64,000 nucleotides of DNA from Vicugna vicugna (Eukaryota): assembly GCA_013265495.1 (NCBI GenBank), contig MU058844.1, forward strand, positions 2,087,520 to 2,151,519, in the 5' to 3' direction. The position numbers and the translations under genes are program-made. The notes beneath the pieces were generated by a model. It saw only the letters and a program-made list of their open reading frames with translations, was not told the origin of the DNA and made no database searches. Shown here piece after piece: positions 37,601 through 49,380 of the stretch. Position 1 is the stretch's first letter, and the number at the start of each line of letters is the position of its first letter.

Positions 37601-40600
37601 ACACACCAAGTTGCAGAGGCGTTTGATGTTTTCATGGAAAAGGTGATTAAAACTAAAGTCAGCACAGTATATAAATGTTAGTTATTGATGATACTCATTA
37701 ATGAAACACCTGGTTAAGTTTGTATGCAGGCTGAACTTATACATAATTGCTTTATTATCATTCATCGCCTCATTCTAGAGTTATTATCTTTTACCAGTGG
37801 CAGTGTTAGCCCATTAACAGAGGGGTGAGAAACTAATGAGATTCAGGGTTTGACTTCAGTTCTACAACTGTATCCTAAAAGTTGCTAGGATGGAAGTCTA
37901 ATACGTGATAAACACAGTCCATGTTTTTATTAAAATCAATCCAGGAGAAAGGTAAAAAGGGCTTGTACTACTTCCCAAAGCATATGTATTATTGTAAAAG
38001 TGATGAAAGAAAAAGATGAAAAGCAAAACTGGTGAGTAAGATGCAGAGCAGATTTTTTAAAACTGTATGTCCTTTGGAAAATTAATGGCACATATCCTCA
38101 TTATATAGTTGTACATTCTCTAATTACATTTATTTGCTAATTTAATGTCTTACATTTCCATATTGTAGGTCTTCCTCCTTCCCTCACTGAATTACATCTT
38201 GATGGCAACAAAATCACCAAAGTTGATGCAACTAGCCTGAAAGGACTGAATAATTTGGCTAAGTAATAATATTCTTTCACAATGTTCTATCAGTAAAATG
38301 GCTAGATATACTAGTGCATATATGCTCAGAATTAGAAACATGATGATTGCTTTTTTTTTTTCCTGTAACACATTTTTTGTTGTTTCTAATAACCTCAAAC
38401 TTCAGCTTGCCCAATTATTTGTTTAAAAAAAAACTAATGGAATAATGTACTTATCATAACCCCATCAAGATCAGCCTTATGTTTTATGAATACCGTACTG
38501 TTTTTAGATTCATTAATATATACCATGTGTACAAGGTGTTTGATTAAATCCATATGTTCATTCAGTATGTTCTAACTTGGTTTTCTCAAACAGAAGGTTA
38601 AGTAAATTATAACATAGCATTCAGAATTTGCAAATGTACTAAAATGAAAGGTCATGGAAGTATTGAGTATCTCACACTAATATTAGAATAGTTATCATGA
38701 GATTCTCTAACTCCTATTTTCTAAAAAGTTTAAAATGCCTCTGGACAGTTAATACACTCTAAAAATTTTTTTCTAGCCCTTCTTAACTTTTTTTTCCTTA
38801 TAGATAATCACTAGTGCCCATCCTACTTTCTAAGCTAACTTCAATCTTTCTGTATTTGTTGTCTGGTGAAGAAATAAAAAGAGGAGAGTTCTGGCAGACC
38901 CTTGCAGTTGTCTTCAAGGAACTCTCTGTTCTTGGTCCACAAATATTGCTGAATGTTCTTACAGAGAAGCACAGTGTTATGCCAAGTTGGCTCACTCCTC
39001 TTTTCGTATATAAATTTCATGGTCGATAAGTACATATAAAATATATCATTTATCTTTGAGAAATCCCTAAGACCAGATGGATGGATGCCATCTTTCCCAT
39101 TTCTGTGGTTATTCCCCCAATGACTTAGTGGAGGATGAGGCTGCAAGTGTGCATATGCATGTGACTGTAGCTGCAATATATGATCCTAGTGTCCCTAATG
39201 GTAAGAAATCCTTTACGTAAAGCTAGTTTCACTGCAGTCTCTAATGAAGAAAATATTTTTCAAAATAGTGTTTTGCATCATCTACGTTCCTGTGTTGATT
39301 AGATCTCTCTAGCTGGAGAAGAATGGAGGAGTTGCATTGCTTATTGTGTAGAACTGTGTTTAGGACAGCTATACTGGATTACTAGTAGTAGGAGGAGAAG
39401 GAATAGCTGGGATCAAAAATACTATAAAGTTCTAAATATGGTGAATGAGTCATAATATTTGCACCATTTTAGAGAAATGTTTATTTTGTACTGAAAGTGG
39501 CATGGAGATTTTGAGGTTCCACACATTAATATTAACATTGTATGCTTTGTAGCAACTAGAAGCATAAAGAGCTAATGAACTTTGAACAGGTCAACAGAAG
39601 TGAAGATTTCTGTTTAAATGGATTTTGAATTCCATTCATTAAATTAGAGCAGATTGCCTCAATGGCCAAGGAAACTTTCTCAGCTCTTTAATTTATCAAA
39701 TACTTTTCCCTTTGGAATCATTTCAGGATGTCTGAATAAGTTTAAGGCATGTCAGGATGGATGTCTACTATACCATCAAATCCTTATGTTGTTTGCTCCT
39801 CACTTATATTGGATCATGAGAAGTATTTTGGTGCTGTGAAAAGAAGGAATAGAGTAGCCTCTGACCTCAGAACACTGTTGCAGGGCAAATATTCCAGTTA
39901 GTTATTAGGAACAAGTGAAAAGAAAATAGTGTGTGTCCCTCTGCAGAAATAAAAAGTGGTTTTCAAGCAAACTTCCCCTTTTCTTACTTAGTATATAGAT
40001 CATCATGTCCCCTACTAGGTGACGTATTCCTCAATGGAAAGAATCATGGTTTTTGAACCGTGTGTCCTCTGCCCTCATAAGACTGGGACAAAATCTTGAG
40101 CACAGTAGGTTCTCAAGAATATTTGATGAGTGAATATAAATTAATCATTGAAGAAGTAAAGTTCCCTTTAATAGATTATCAAGACTATTAGATTCTAAGA
40201 AATGTATTAGCCCAACTTGGATATGGGACTTGGAGTGCTGTAAGAAATAGGAGACATGATTCTGAAATAGAAAAGGAAAGGCCAGAAACAAGAGATAAAT
40301 GTTCAAGACTAAAGGGAAAAACAAAATATTCTGAGCCAAGATGCCAGGTAAATGAACCTTAAGTAAGATAAACCAACTGTGCTCTTAGTAGCCTAAAATC
40401 AGTACACTTTCATCTCAATTATTTCAAATACCAAGTCATGATTAAACTTGGGAGACACTTGGTTACCAGCATCTAAATCCTTAAAGAGCTCAAAGATCCT
40501 AACTAGCTGAAGATAAGCAGGAATCATCCTACAAAAAGGGCCCATCCTTTCCATGGCATCTGAAAGAATTCAATTGGTTTTTCCACTTTCTCTGCCCTCG

Positions 40601-43600
40601 AGGTTTCTGATTCTCTTCCACTACCTTGTTGCCTCATCTCTCTCTGCCCTTTTGGATACACAGCACCCTGGTTCGGACAGAGATTTATTCCTAGAGTTTT
40701 GTCTTCAAGTCAACTTCTGACTTTTGAATCTCATTTACAATCCAGGGCATCACAGCTGCAGGCTCCCACGTGTTAAGCATTAATTAAAAACAAAATCCCA
40801 AACCTTGAGTAGCATTGTATGAGAAATGTCGAAGGGGCCAAGGTCAGGGTCAGAGAGCAGCCACTAGGGCCCTAGTGCAGAGATCAGTATGGGAAACCAA
40901 GAATACTGGCCCCAGGCATATTCTGATAGTGACAGATGGTCATTGATAAACTCTTTCCAAAGGAATGCAAAATGCTAACTCCATTAAGCTTTCTAGCAGG
41001 TACTTTTATTGACTTACTAGAGCCTTGTACGTTTCATTTACAATAAATACATTTCGGTAATAAACATACAATTGCTTGATTTACAAAGTGACCGAAATGG
41101 TAATAGTACTCCTTTTATTTGTACCACGCCCATTATACAAGCAATTCAGCAGCTGTGCGCTGATCATACCAAGCTCTGTGTGAGCTGAATACACCAGGAG
41201 ACAGTCACTTTTCTCAAGGTAAGACTCGCAAGTACACAGTCCCTTGAGTTTTGCAAGAGGGTGACAACAGGGTGCTACATGAGCATTCACTAGTGGCACC
41301 TATCCAGTCTGGTGCCGTCAGAGGAGTTTTAAAGAAGGTAACTCTAAGCTAAACCCTTAAGAACAAATGGGATCTATCCAAACTCAGCAAGTTTGGGAAA
41401 AATCACACTAGGCAGAGGTGACAGCAAGTGCAAAAACAGAAAAAAAATTTCTTTCCTATTGACTTGATTAATCACACAATGCTTATATGAAGGCGTTGCT
41501 TCTATTCATTTCTGTTTTCTTTTGCAGGTTGGGACTGAGTTTCAACAGCATCTCTGCTGTCGACAATGGCTCTCTGGCCAACACTCCTCATTTGAGGGAG
41601 CTTCATCTGAACAACAACAAGCTTATCAAAGTGCCTGGTGGGCTGGCGGATCATAAGTATATCCAGGTAATGCAATGCCACTAAATATTGTGAGAAATAT
41701 CTCTGGGAGCATATCTCCCTACTGGGATGCTAAGGAGGGAGGAAGCTCGGCTTAGAAATTTTTTTGAAGAGAAATATTTTTAATGTGTCTACATAAATAG
41801 TCATTCCTGTTTTGTGAAAAATATAGGTTTAAGTTAGTATTAATTTTTAAAAATTATTACTATTGCCTAGGACTTAATATAATGCTTGCTTTCAGAATGC
41901 AGTATTTTTAATGAAGCTGGATAGTTTGAAGTCACAGATCAGTATAACAAATATATACTGGTTGGAAAAGATGACATCATCTGTAATGTATAGACAGAGA
42001 ATAAAATCATAGTTTTAACTTTCAGCTTCAGCAGATGTCATATAGATCAAAAAAGAATGTTTATCTAGCAGAGTGACTGAATTAAAAATTATCAAGTTAT
42101 AGTGTATTCTTAAGGATAAGAAGATATGGACACATAATATTGAGTTCATAAAATTTGTTTAATGGGTTCATTAGGAATATCCCATAAACGAGATGGAATG
42201 GGATAAGATCGGAAGGGATGGAATGGGATGGAACGCTGTAGAATAGAATATCACTGTATTACTTATCACTGTAGTGGTATTTTATTAAAATTTTGTTTCA
42301 TATGCACAGATTCATGTATATGAAAGCTCAATACATAATGTGTCTTACTATGAGTCAAAGAGAAAAAAAAATAAAACACGTCCTTTTGAAATCTTTGCAG
42401 AATATCAGCAAATCTCATGGGCATTCACACAGGGTCCCACATTCAGAAAGAACTCATTCTTGGTTTTCCATCTCTAATTGGCTATCCATGTACCCATTTT
42501 TCCTGCATTTCTGCAGGTTCCAAGGGAATTTGAGTGCTCTACTTTTTTTCTTTAAGTATATATTTTGGTTATTTTTAGCAAAATTATATAGTTGTTCAAT
42601 CAACACAATCCAGTTGTAGAATGTTTCTATTACCTTCAAAATATTTCTGTTATCTATTTATAGTCAATTAGCCATAGAGAATCATTAACCTACGTTCTTT
42701 CTGTTTCTTTATGAATTTACCTTTTCTAGATATTTCATATAAATGTAACCATAAAATGTGTGGTTTTTGTGACTGGTTTCTTTCATTTGTCATAATGATT
42801 TTAGGTCATTTATATCATAGCATGTACCATTTCTATTGATGAACGGCATTTCATTGTAAGGATATACCATATTCTGTTTGCTAGAACTACATCTTTTGAT
42901 AACAGTAGTTTTGGTTATGTTTTGAAATTAAAAATAAAGGTTCTCTGTGTTTTATTTTTCAAAGTTATTTTGAATATTCTTGTTCCTTTGCATTTCCGTA
43001 TAAATGTTAGACTTAGCTTGTCCATTTCTATTGAAATAGACTGCTAGGACTTTGACAGGGATTGTGTTGAATCTATAGATCAATTAAGGGAGACTTTTCA
43101 TCATAAGAATAGAGTCATTTGAGTCACAAACATGGAATATCTCTGTATTTCATCTTTAATTCCTCAAGCAATTTTTTGTCATCTTTAGTGCACAAGTTTT
43201 ATAATTTTTATTAAGTTTATTCCTAAGTTTTTCATTATTTTTAATGCTGTTGTGAATGAATTGTTATCTTAATTTTCTTTTTGAATTGTTTGTTGCTAGT
43301 ATATAGAAATTCAGTTGTTTTTTATATATGGATCTATCCTAGTACTGTGCTAGAACTGCTTTTAGTTGCAATAGTTTTTATGAAAAAAAAAGTAAGAAAG
43401 AGAGAGAGACAAGGAACAGACTTTTAGAAGGCAAAAGAGGAAGCAGGAAAACTAATCAGGACAACTTCAATAATCCAGAAGGAGCTAATGGAAGCTTTGA
43501 ATAAGGTTGTAGGAATCGACATGCAGAAAACTGGATTGTATGTGCATTCTGAAGGCTGCACGAGCAAGGTTTGCTGATGGTTGGGCAGAGAGTATAAGAG

Positions 43601-44087
43601 ACAGGGAGGGTCAAGGATAATGATGGTGTTTTCGGCCATCTGGAAAGACTGAAAAGCCATATAGTGAGATGAGGAAGACGAAGGAAGGGAAAAGCAAGAT
43701 TAGAAAGAGAGAGAGAGATCAAGTTTGGTTTGAGAAGTATTTAGGTGTTTAAACTGAAGGATGAGTATAGCGAAAAAGTATTTAGGTGTTTAAACTGAAG
43801 GATGAGTACAGCGAAAAAGAATAAAGTACTTCTGCGAAGGACCTCAGTGTGTTTAGAGGAAAATAACCACGCTCCATTATTTCGTATCGCAGGTTGTTTA
43901 CCTTCATAACAACAATATCTCTGCAGTCGGCTCTAATGACTTCTGCCCACCTGGGTACAACACCAAAAAGGCTTCTTATTCGGGGGTGAGCCTTTTCAGC
44001 AACCCTGTCCAGTACTGGGAGATCCAGCCATCCACCTTCCGATGTGTCTATGTGCGCTCTGCCATTCAGCTCGGAAACTTCAAGTAG
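16420..44087 (+). CDS. DCN: Decorin, spliced CDS join(16420..16633,28009..28121,33351..33564,34348..34461,38169..38262,41528..41666,43893..44087), 360 aa
   Basis: Exon lengths 214+113+214+114+94+139+195=1083 nt with consistent phases, all GT-AG introns and no internal stop. The protein has a signal peptide ([16 protein letters not shown]), propeptide, DEASGIG GAG-attachment serine (Ser34, 16519-16521), class I SLRP cysteine cluster CX3CXCX6C, LRRs, sequons NIT/NGS/NIS and a C-terminal cysteine pair. Confidence 0.99.
17900..18035 (-). mobile_element. L2 3' end with (TTCA)n tail
   Basis: ttcattcattcattcattcattcagcaaatat…tggtccttgttcttgtgggtttgatagtctactgg. Confidence 0.75.
22955..23362 (-). 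mobile_element. Old MaLR LTR (MLT1 family)
   Basis: cctttcctgacctagcttccaaagtc…gtcacctcctccacactc…caagggagggggaatttgactccacctttt. Confidence 0.7.
23535..24150 (-). mobile_element. Old L1 3' fragment (L1ME-like)
   Basis: ttattttgaagcaaattccagataccatatcatttta…tttatcagtatgtttctct; tccatacattgcatt. Confidence 0.65.
26195..26233 (+). mobile_element. Poly(A)-only insertion flanked by a 14-bp target-site duplication
   Basis: AAGACTTCGACAAT (26195-26208) + A11 + AAGACTTCGACAAT (26220-26233), preceded by TT. Confidence 0.7.
28009..28121 (+). CDS. DCN: DCN exon 3 (113 nt)
   Basis: catactag|GT acceptor; (G)[37 protein letters not shown]; donor CAT|gtaaga. Confidence 0.98.
30175..30415 (-). mobile_element. 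MIR SINE
   Basis: tacagatgagcatactcaggcacagagaggtcaagttacttgc core. Confidence 0.8.
30541..30845 (-). mobile_element. L1 3' end (L1MA-like)
   Basis: gttttattgaaatataattgg…gtgtacagcataatgattt…tgtgatgagaacttttag…ggaagtttgtaccttctgacc. Confidence 0.85.
33264..33298. repeat. (TG)n microsatellite upstream of the exon 4 acceptor
   Basis: Directly visible, with two interruptions. Confidence 0.95.
33351..33564 (+). CDS. DCN: DCN exon 4 (214 nt)
   Basis: ctacag|ACG acceptor; [71 protein letters not shown]; donor G|gtacag. Confidence 0.98.
34348..34461 (+). CDS. DCN: DCN exon 5 (114 nt, symmetric phase 1-1)
   Basis: tttatag|AA acceptor; (E)[37 protein letters not shown]; donor G|gtgatg. Confidence 0.98.
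34915..35135 (+). mobile_element. MIR SINE
   Basis: ggctctatgatcttggacaagttatttttaacttctg…atctgtaaagtgg. Confidence 0.75.
35892..35948. repeat. (TA)/(TG)/(CG) compound microsatellite
   Basis: Directly visible. Confidence 0.9.
36235..36450 (-). mobile_element. MIR SINE
   Basis: ttttataatgaggaaaatgagtctta…agagctagaaagtggc…cagagctcatgtgct. Confidence 0.7.
38169..38262 (+). CDS. DCN: DCN exon 6 (94 nt)
   Basis: attgtag|GT acceptor; (G)[30 protein letters not shown](K); donor AA|gtaata. Confidence 0.98.
41528..41666 (+). CDS. DCN: DCN exon 7 (139 nt)
   Basis: ttttgcag|G acceptor; [46 protein letters not shown]; donor CAG|gtaatg. Confidence 0.98.
42193..42250. repeat. Degenerate (GGAAT/GGGAT/AGAAT)n pentamer repeat
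   Basis: atggaatgggataagatcggaagggatggaatgggatggaacg…agaatagaat. Confidence 0.6.
42530..43380 (-). mobile_element. Old L1 fragments (3' UTR and ORF2) in intron 7
   Basis: atttcatataaatg…tttgtgactggtttctttca; gggattgtgttgaatctatagatcaatt; aagtttattcctaagt. Confidence 0.8.
43420..43735 (-). mobile_element. L2 ORF2 fragment
   Basis: Purine-rich antisense L2 pattern (caataatccag…gtcaaggataatgatggtgttttcggcc), similar to 51100-51350. Confidence 0.6.
43735..43819. repeat. 41-bp tandem duplication (2 copies, 1 mismatch)
   Basis: aagtatttaggtgtttaaactgaaggatgagta(t/c)agcgaaa starting at 43735 and 43776. Confidence 0.95.
43893..44087 (+). CDS. DCN: DCN exon 8 coding part (195 nt including TAG)
   Basis: atcgcag|GTT acceptor; [64 protein letters not shown]. 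Confidence 0.98.
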   Translation, partial: VVYLHNNNISAVGSNDFCPPGYNTKKASYSGVSLFSNPVQYWEIQPSTFRCVYVRSAIQLGNFK

Positions 44088-44600
44088 CTCCCAAGAAAGC
44101 CCTCATTTTTATAACCTGGCAAAATCCCATTAATATCATTGCTCGAAAAAGAAAAAAAAGAAAGCTAGATACTGGAAACCTAACTGCAATGTGGATGTTT
44201 TTCCCACATGACTTATTATGCGTAAAGCCAAATATGCAGTTTAAATAATTGCCTACAATAAAAAAATATTTTGCCTGCCACTTTCAGAATCCTTTTTTGA
44301 AGCTTCTTGTTGATGTTACTTGAGCTCTTGCAGATATTCTTATTTCACTAAATGTAAAATTTGGAGTAAACAATTTAGTTAAGCTTTTAATTTCCAGAAG
44401 GAATCCAATAAAAATGATATCAATCTTCTGTAACTCATACGGTGGTTAGCTCCTTTGACATAGTCTAGCAATGTATTCATCCCCATTATTACCGGTAAAG
44501 CCTCATTTGAGTGTGTAAATTCTCTACAGGCTATGTAAAAGTTTTGCTAATGTCATTATTTTGAAAAAGAAAATAAATTCACAAGTACATTTAAAATTAC
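44088..44600 (+). other. DCN: DCN 3' UTR with alternative polyadenylation signals; may extend to about 44860
   Basis: Follows the stop codon; AATAAA at 44257-44262, 44407-44412 and 44572-44577. Confidence 0.75.
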
Positions 44601-45399
44601 TATTGTATAAAAGTGTAATTGTAAATCTTCCCTGACCTCAGTTTTCTGAAAAGAATAGACATTGCTTTCTTGATAAAAACAGCACACCTTTTCACGTTCT
44701 TAGGTATGTATTCCATCCCATCCTTTGACATGTATGTATAACTTACTTTATCTATATTCAGTGTTCAGCTGATAAGGCACAAAGCTGACTTCTTATTGGT
44801 CTTTAAAAACTGATATTTTCACATACTAAATACTAAATCAATTTTTAAAATATGTGCACAATCAGGCTGCTCACCTGAACATTTCTGTGTTTACTAGATG
44901 TATTAGAAATATTTCCTGCATTTAGTAATTATCTTTGATTTTAGAAATTTTTTAATGCAGGATTTAGAAATAGCTATCAAAACAGACCATTCACAAGCCT
45001 GGGGAATGGGCTGATTTACCAAGAGTAAATATTTATCAAAAAGTACATTTCTGCTATCAACTTATTATTAGTAAGTAAACATGTGAAGACAGTTTGTTTC
45101 TCCTATAATCCTGGATGTTTTCTGGTTGCAAATACTGAAACCCAGATCCAAACTGCTTTAAACTATAAAGGAAAATACAAAACAGTCTTGCTAGTAGATG
45201 AGCCTTTAGCTGAGTTTCTCTGCAATTCTTTCAGCTTTGCCTTCCTTCATTACACGTTCAGCTTATGCTTTGCAAAATTTGAATCTACTCCAGTATTTAC
45301 CCCCTCACAAAAGCATATTAACACAAAATTTCAGGAAAAATCATGAGAATCTCTCTAATTATTACATATAAACTTCAAAGCTTTCTCTTTTTAATCTTC

Positions 45400-45419
45400 G
45401 TACAAATCAGGATCTGGCA

Positions 45420-45450
<31 letters not shown>

Positions 45451-45862
45451 TTTAAATGAAGATAATTTAATGAAAGGACTACTCTAGAGTGTTTATAAAG
45501 TTTACCACATCAAACAAGGGATGTTGACGTACCTAGAGAAAGGCAGTGGAGGAAAGGCATTCCCACCGAGTGGCTTAACAGACGGGGGAAGAAACAGCTT
45601 CTGGAGCGAAGTGAGAGGACAACAATGGAAGATTTCTACACCCAGGGAGCCCTTCTGCCTGTGACTTCTGCCAGAAGCGAAGTGCTGAAGCAGGGTGTCT
45701 ACCTTTCTCTTTTTTCTACTTCAGATCGTCCACTAACCAAACTTACAGGGAAGACAACCGTCAAGAAAGCCAGAGAGATGATGGCTTCTCCTGGGGCAGA
45801 GCAGAGAAGGGAGGGGAGTGGATCTGGTCAGGGCTCTTGGAGAATAATCAGCCCGGGCACTG
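45400..45862. mobile_element. Ancient LTR-like remnant containing an A27 run
   Basis: agaaagccagagag…ggggcagagcagagaagggaggggagtggatctgg…ggagaataatcagc resembles old ERVL/MaLR LTR ends; family uncertain. Confidence 0.4.
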
Positions 45863-47279
45863 CAACTGTATCTCTACAATCATTGAACAAATTCCACCAA
45901 CCTCACCTAAGCATTACATTCACATCGTATGTCATCCCAGGCACTTTTTCTGAATCCAAATTATTTTAGATTCTTTTGCACTGATCAGAAGTGCTAATAA
46001 ATATAAAAATATTTGATAAAACTGTCACATGATTAGCTAAATCTGGTTTTCCATTGTGAAACACCAGATTTTTTTATAATGACTGACTAAAGCAGAGTTT
46101 ACTGGTTGAAAGAAATACGGTTAGTGTTAAAATTTGAAGTGTAAACAGAAAATGTACACAGTCAATATTAATGGGCAGTCAGTTATGTATTGCACATAAA
46201 TTTGGCTGAAAACCAAAATAATATTTGGATAACCCTAAAACTCATGAGAACTGGCGCACAGAGTTCTAAGCTGTTGCCGTGAAAGCCACAGTCTCCCTTA
46301 TACCAGTTACTGCCTGAAATACACAAAGCTCTGTACGAGCGATTGAATTACGTGGTGGACTTTCATGAAGTGATCATGTTAGTGATATTTATTCATAGTC
46401 TGTTATCAGTCAATAACTGGGAGAGGCTACTTACTGACTTAACGTAGTCCATTCATTCGTTCATTCATTCAGTAAACTAACAACGAACATACTGCAGACA
46501 TGAGATAACTCCTGGTAGAAAGTTGAGAATAACCATAACAACAACAGACACTTATTTCTAGAATTATTTCAGAATTATTAGAATGTATTCAGTGCACACA
46601 ACAAATTGCCAGCTTCTGTGCTAGGCTCTTTGTGAGCCATGTCTACTTGTCACAAAAAACCCCACAAGGATGTACTATTTCCATTTCACAGAATGAAAAT
46701 GAGGGAGAGGAAATGCAGAGTCAGAATTATAACCCTGATTCAGTTAGGATCAGCCTTTCCTTTTACAATAGTTTATACACGTCATGCCATGTCAAGACCA
46801 AAAGTGGTAGACTTAAAAAAACTAAGAAGGGAATCTATGCATGGTTCTCAGCAGTTCCTCTGCATTGTTAATAGGTTACAGTCTCAAGGTACAGGTGTCA
46901 AAAAGATAATAACTATGGTTTACTGAGTACTATGTCTTAAATGTACATGCATTATCTCATTTAATAATCACCCTGTGGGCTATGCATGGTTATTTAATGT
47001 GCAGATGAGCAAATGCAGCCCCAGAGACGGCAAGAAATTTGAAGCTTGAAAGTAAGAAAGGCAAACTTTCCATCACTTCAACATCTTGCCCTCTGCTACT
47101 TTAGAAAAGAATGTATTTGTTCCCAACTATGAGGAATCACTGAACACCCATAGCATCTTCCATCTTTTTTGCAATATTGTGTGGGGCTATAAAATAATGG
47201 GAAATCCCACAGTCCAAATTAGTGTTTTTACATTTCAAAAAGTATAAATTTGTTCATAAAAAACTGAAAATATCCTACA

Positions 47280-47450
47280 ACACTGTTCAACTTTGAAAAT
47301 GTTCTATATCAGTACCGTTCAGTATGGTATCCACTTGCCAAATAAGGATATGGAATTGAAGAATTTAATCTTAAATTTTTATTTAATTTTAATGAATTTA
47401 AAATTAATAATCATATGTAACTAGTTGATATCACATTGGCTAATACTCCC
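47280..47450. mobile_element. hAT-Charlie MITE (MER3/MER33-like)
   Basis: aatgttctatatc…gaagaatttaatcttaaattttatttaattttaatgaatttaaaatt…catatgtaactagttg. Confidence 0.65.
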
Positions 47451-47499
47451 AGTGACTTTAAATATCACTTTCAGGGTACAGAGTGGATTTCTGTTCATG

Positions 47500-47820
47500 G
47501 GAAAATATTTACTAGGCCTGTGCTAGACATTGGGGATACAAAAATGAGTAAGATGCCGTTTTTGACTTTAAGGTGATCATAGTTTAACGATGGACACAAA
47601 CATTTAGCCAAACAATAGAAATATATATAAAGAAATTTTATCATAAGAATATTTGCAACATACAGCAGTGGCTCAGAGGAGGAGTGATCAGTTCTGCCAA
47701 GGGAAGGAGAACAAGCAGTGAGGAGCACTTCACTGAGGAGGTAAGTGGGTTTTGATGAATGTGTAAGAGTTTAACAGGAAGATTTGGGGGAAGGAGCTAT
47801 TCAAGGCATAGAGTAAGTAC
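47500..47820 (-). mobile_element. L2 3' fragment
   Basis: ctgtgctagacattggggatacaaaaatgagtaaga…cttcactgaggaggtaa. Confidence 0.75.
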
Positions 47821-48354
47821 ATCTTCTCTGATAGGCTGGCATAAAGGAGGACTTACTCTGCCTTCTATATGTTCCACAATCCTGCTGGCCCACAAAGTAT
47901 CAATTTCCCAGGATGTCCAATAACAGGGAGGAAATGTCTTCTTTTTTCTTACACCTCTCAAATGATCCTACTCTCCTAGCTACAATGAAAAGCTAGTTTC
48001 TATTGTCCATGTCATCTCTAGACTTTTTTTTTTTTCCAGAACTGGACCTTGAACGCTGTACTCTCTCTAGTCCTGCCTCCTCCATGCTGTAGCCTTCCTC
48101 TTGCAGGAAGAACACTTCCAGTAGCCCTGCAGCTTAACCTACTCCTGGCTGAGGGATGGATGGAGATAGAAGGACAGGGAAGGCCTTTTTAGACTTTCAT
48201 CTGTAAGGCAGACCCTCCAACACATCTTTTCCAGCAAGAAAGCTGTTTCTAATTTTGTTCGGGATCCACAGGAGGGAGGGGATTGACCCCTCTGCATCCC
48301 ACTCTGAAGTATCAGATAACTTCTTTCTTCTACATCTTTCCTTTGAAATAAAGA

Positions 48355-48560
48355 TAAATGTGGCTCATTTCCTTGACTCCAACATTTGCTATTTGCGTGA
48401 CTTATGAAAGTTATTTAACCTTTCTGTGACTCGTTTCCGTGTCTACAAAATGAGAGTAACAATGATACGAATCTTATAGATTGGTCTGTGACTTAAATGG
48501 GTTAACATGGAGTAAAACTCTTAGCTCAGAGCCTAGCACATGAAACGGGCTTAATGAAGT
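48355..48560 (+). mobile_element. MIR SINE
   Basis: gtgacttatgaaagttatttaacctttctgtgactcgtttcc…aaaatgagagtaa…gcctagcaca. Confidence 0.75.
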
Positions 48561-48574
48561 ATATGGGTTGCTCC

Positions 48575-48722
48575 TGCTGCCATTCCCCAGGCTGCATAGC
48601 TCAGGCTGCAGGCATCTCCAGGGAAATTATGTCTCTGGGCTGGGGTGTGGTCCCAGATTGTGCATTTCAAACAAGCTCCCAGAAGTGCTGCTGCCCCTTG
48701 GTCTGTACTTCGAAGAACAGAG
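48575..48722. mobile_element. MER5A-like hAT element
   Basis: tctctgggctggggtgtggtcccagattgtgcatttcaaacaagctcccag. Confidence 0.6.
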
Positions 48723-48799
48723 CAATAATGTCTTCTTATTTCCTACTGGACCGCGTCTGTCTCTCGTCTCCACTGCTTGGCCCCTGTGAAAACCCTCTC

Positions 48800-49243
48800 T
48801 GTGTGAGTGTCCTAGGGATGCTGTGACGAAGTTAGATAAACGGGGTGGTCGAAAATAACAGAAGTTTAGTCCCTCACTGTTCTGGAGGCTAGAAGTTCAA
48901 AATCAAGGTATTGGCAGGGCCATGCTCCCTCTAAAGGTTCTAGGGAGACCCCTCCATGCTCCTTCAAGCTTCCAGGTGGCTCCAGGTGTTCTTGGTTTGA
49001 GGCAAAATAATTCTAATCTCTGCCTCTGTCTCCACATGGCTTCCCTGTCTTGTGTATCTGTGTCTGTTCTCTTCTTATAAGGACACCAGTGATGTTGGAT
49101 TAAGCCCCACCCCCAAATCAGTATGACCTCATCTTAACTTGATTACATCTGCAAAGACCCTATTTCCAACAAAATCACACTTACAGGTATTAGGGTTAGA
49201 TCCTGAACCTATCTTTTGAGGGGACACAATTCAACCATTAACA
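48800..49243 (-). mobile_element. MaLR solo LTR (MLT1A/B-like)
   Basis: ttctggaggctagaagttcaaaatcaagg…cttataaggacaccag…acatctgcaaagaccctatttcca…ggggacacaattcaacc. Confidence 0.9.
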
Positions 49244-49380
49244 CTTACTCTTTTAATCTTTATAAAAACGCTTATTTTCTGTTTTTATTTTTATTAACAT
49301 TTTTGTTTGACTGTGTGGGGTTTACAGAAGAGACTGGAAAGTGTGAATCTGCCCTTTGCAGACATTCATGCTGGCCTAGG

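Noticed and set aside
45419..45445. A27 run as a possible second retro-insertion or processed-transcript tail
   Set aside because: No flanking target-site duplication or upstream SINE/mRNA body found; a simple mononucleotide expansion is more likely.
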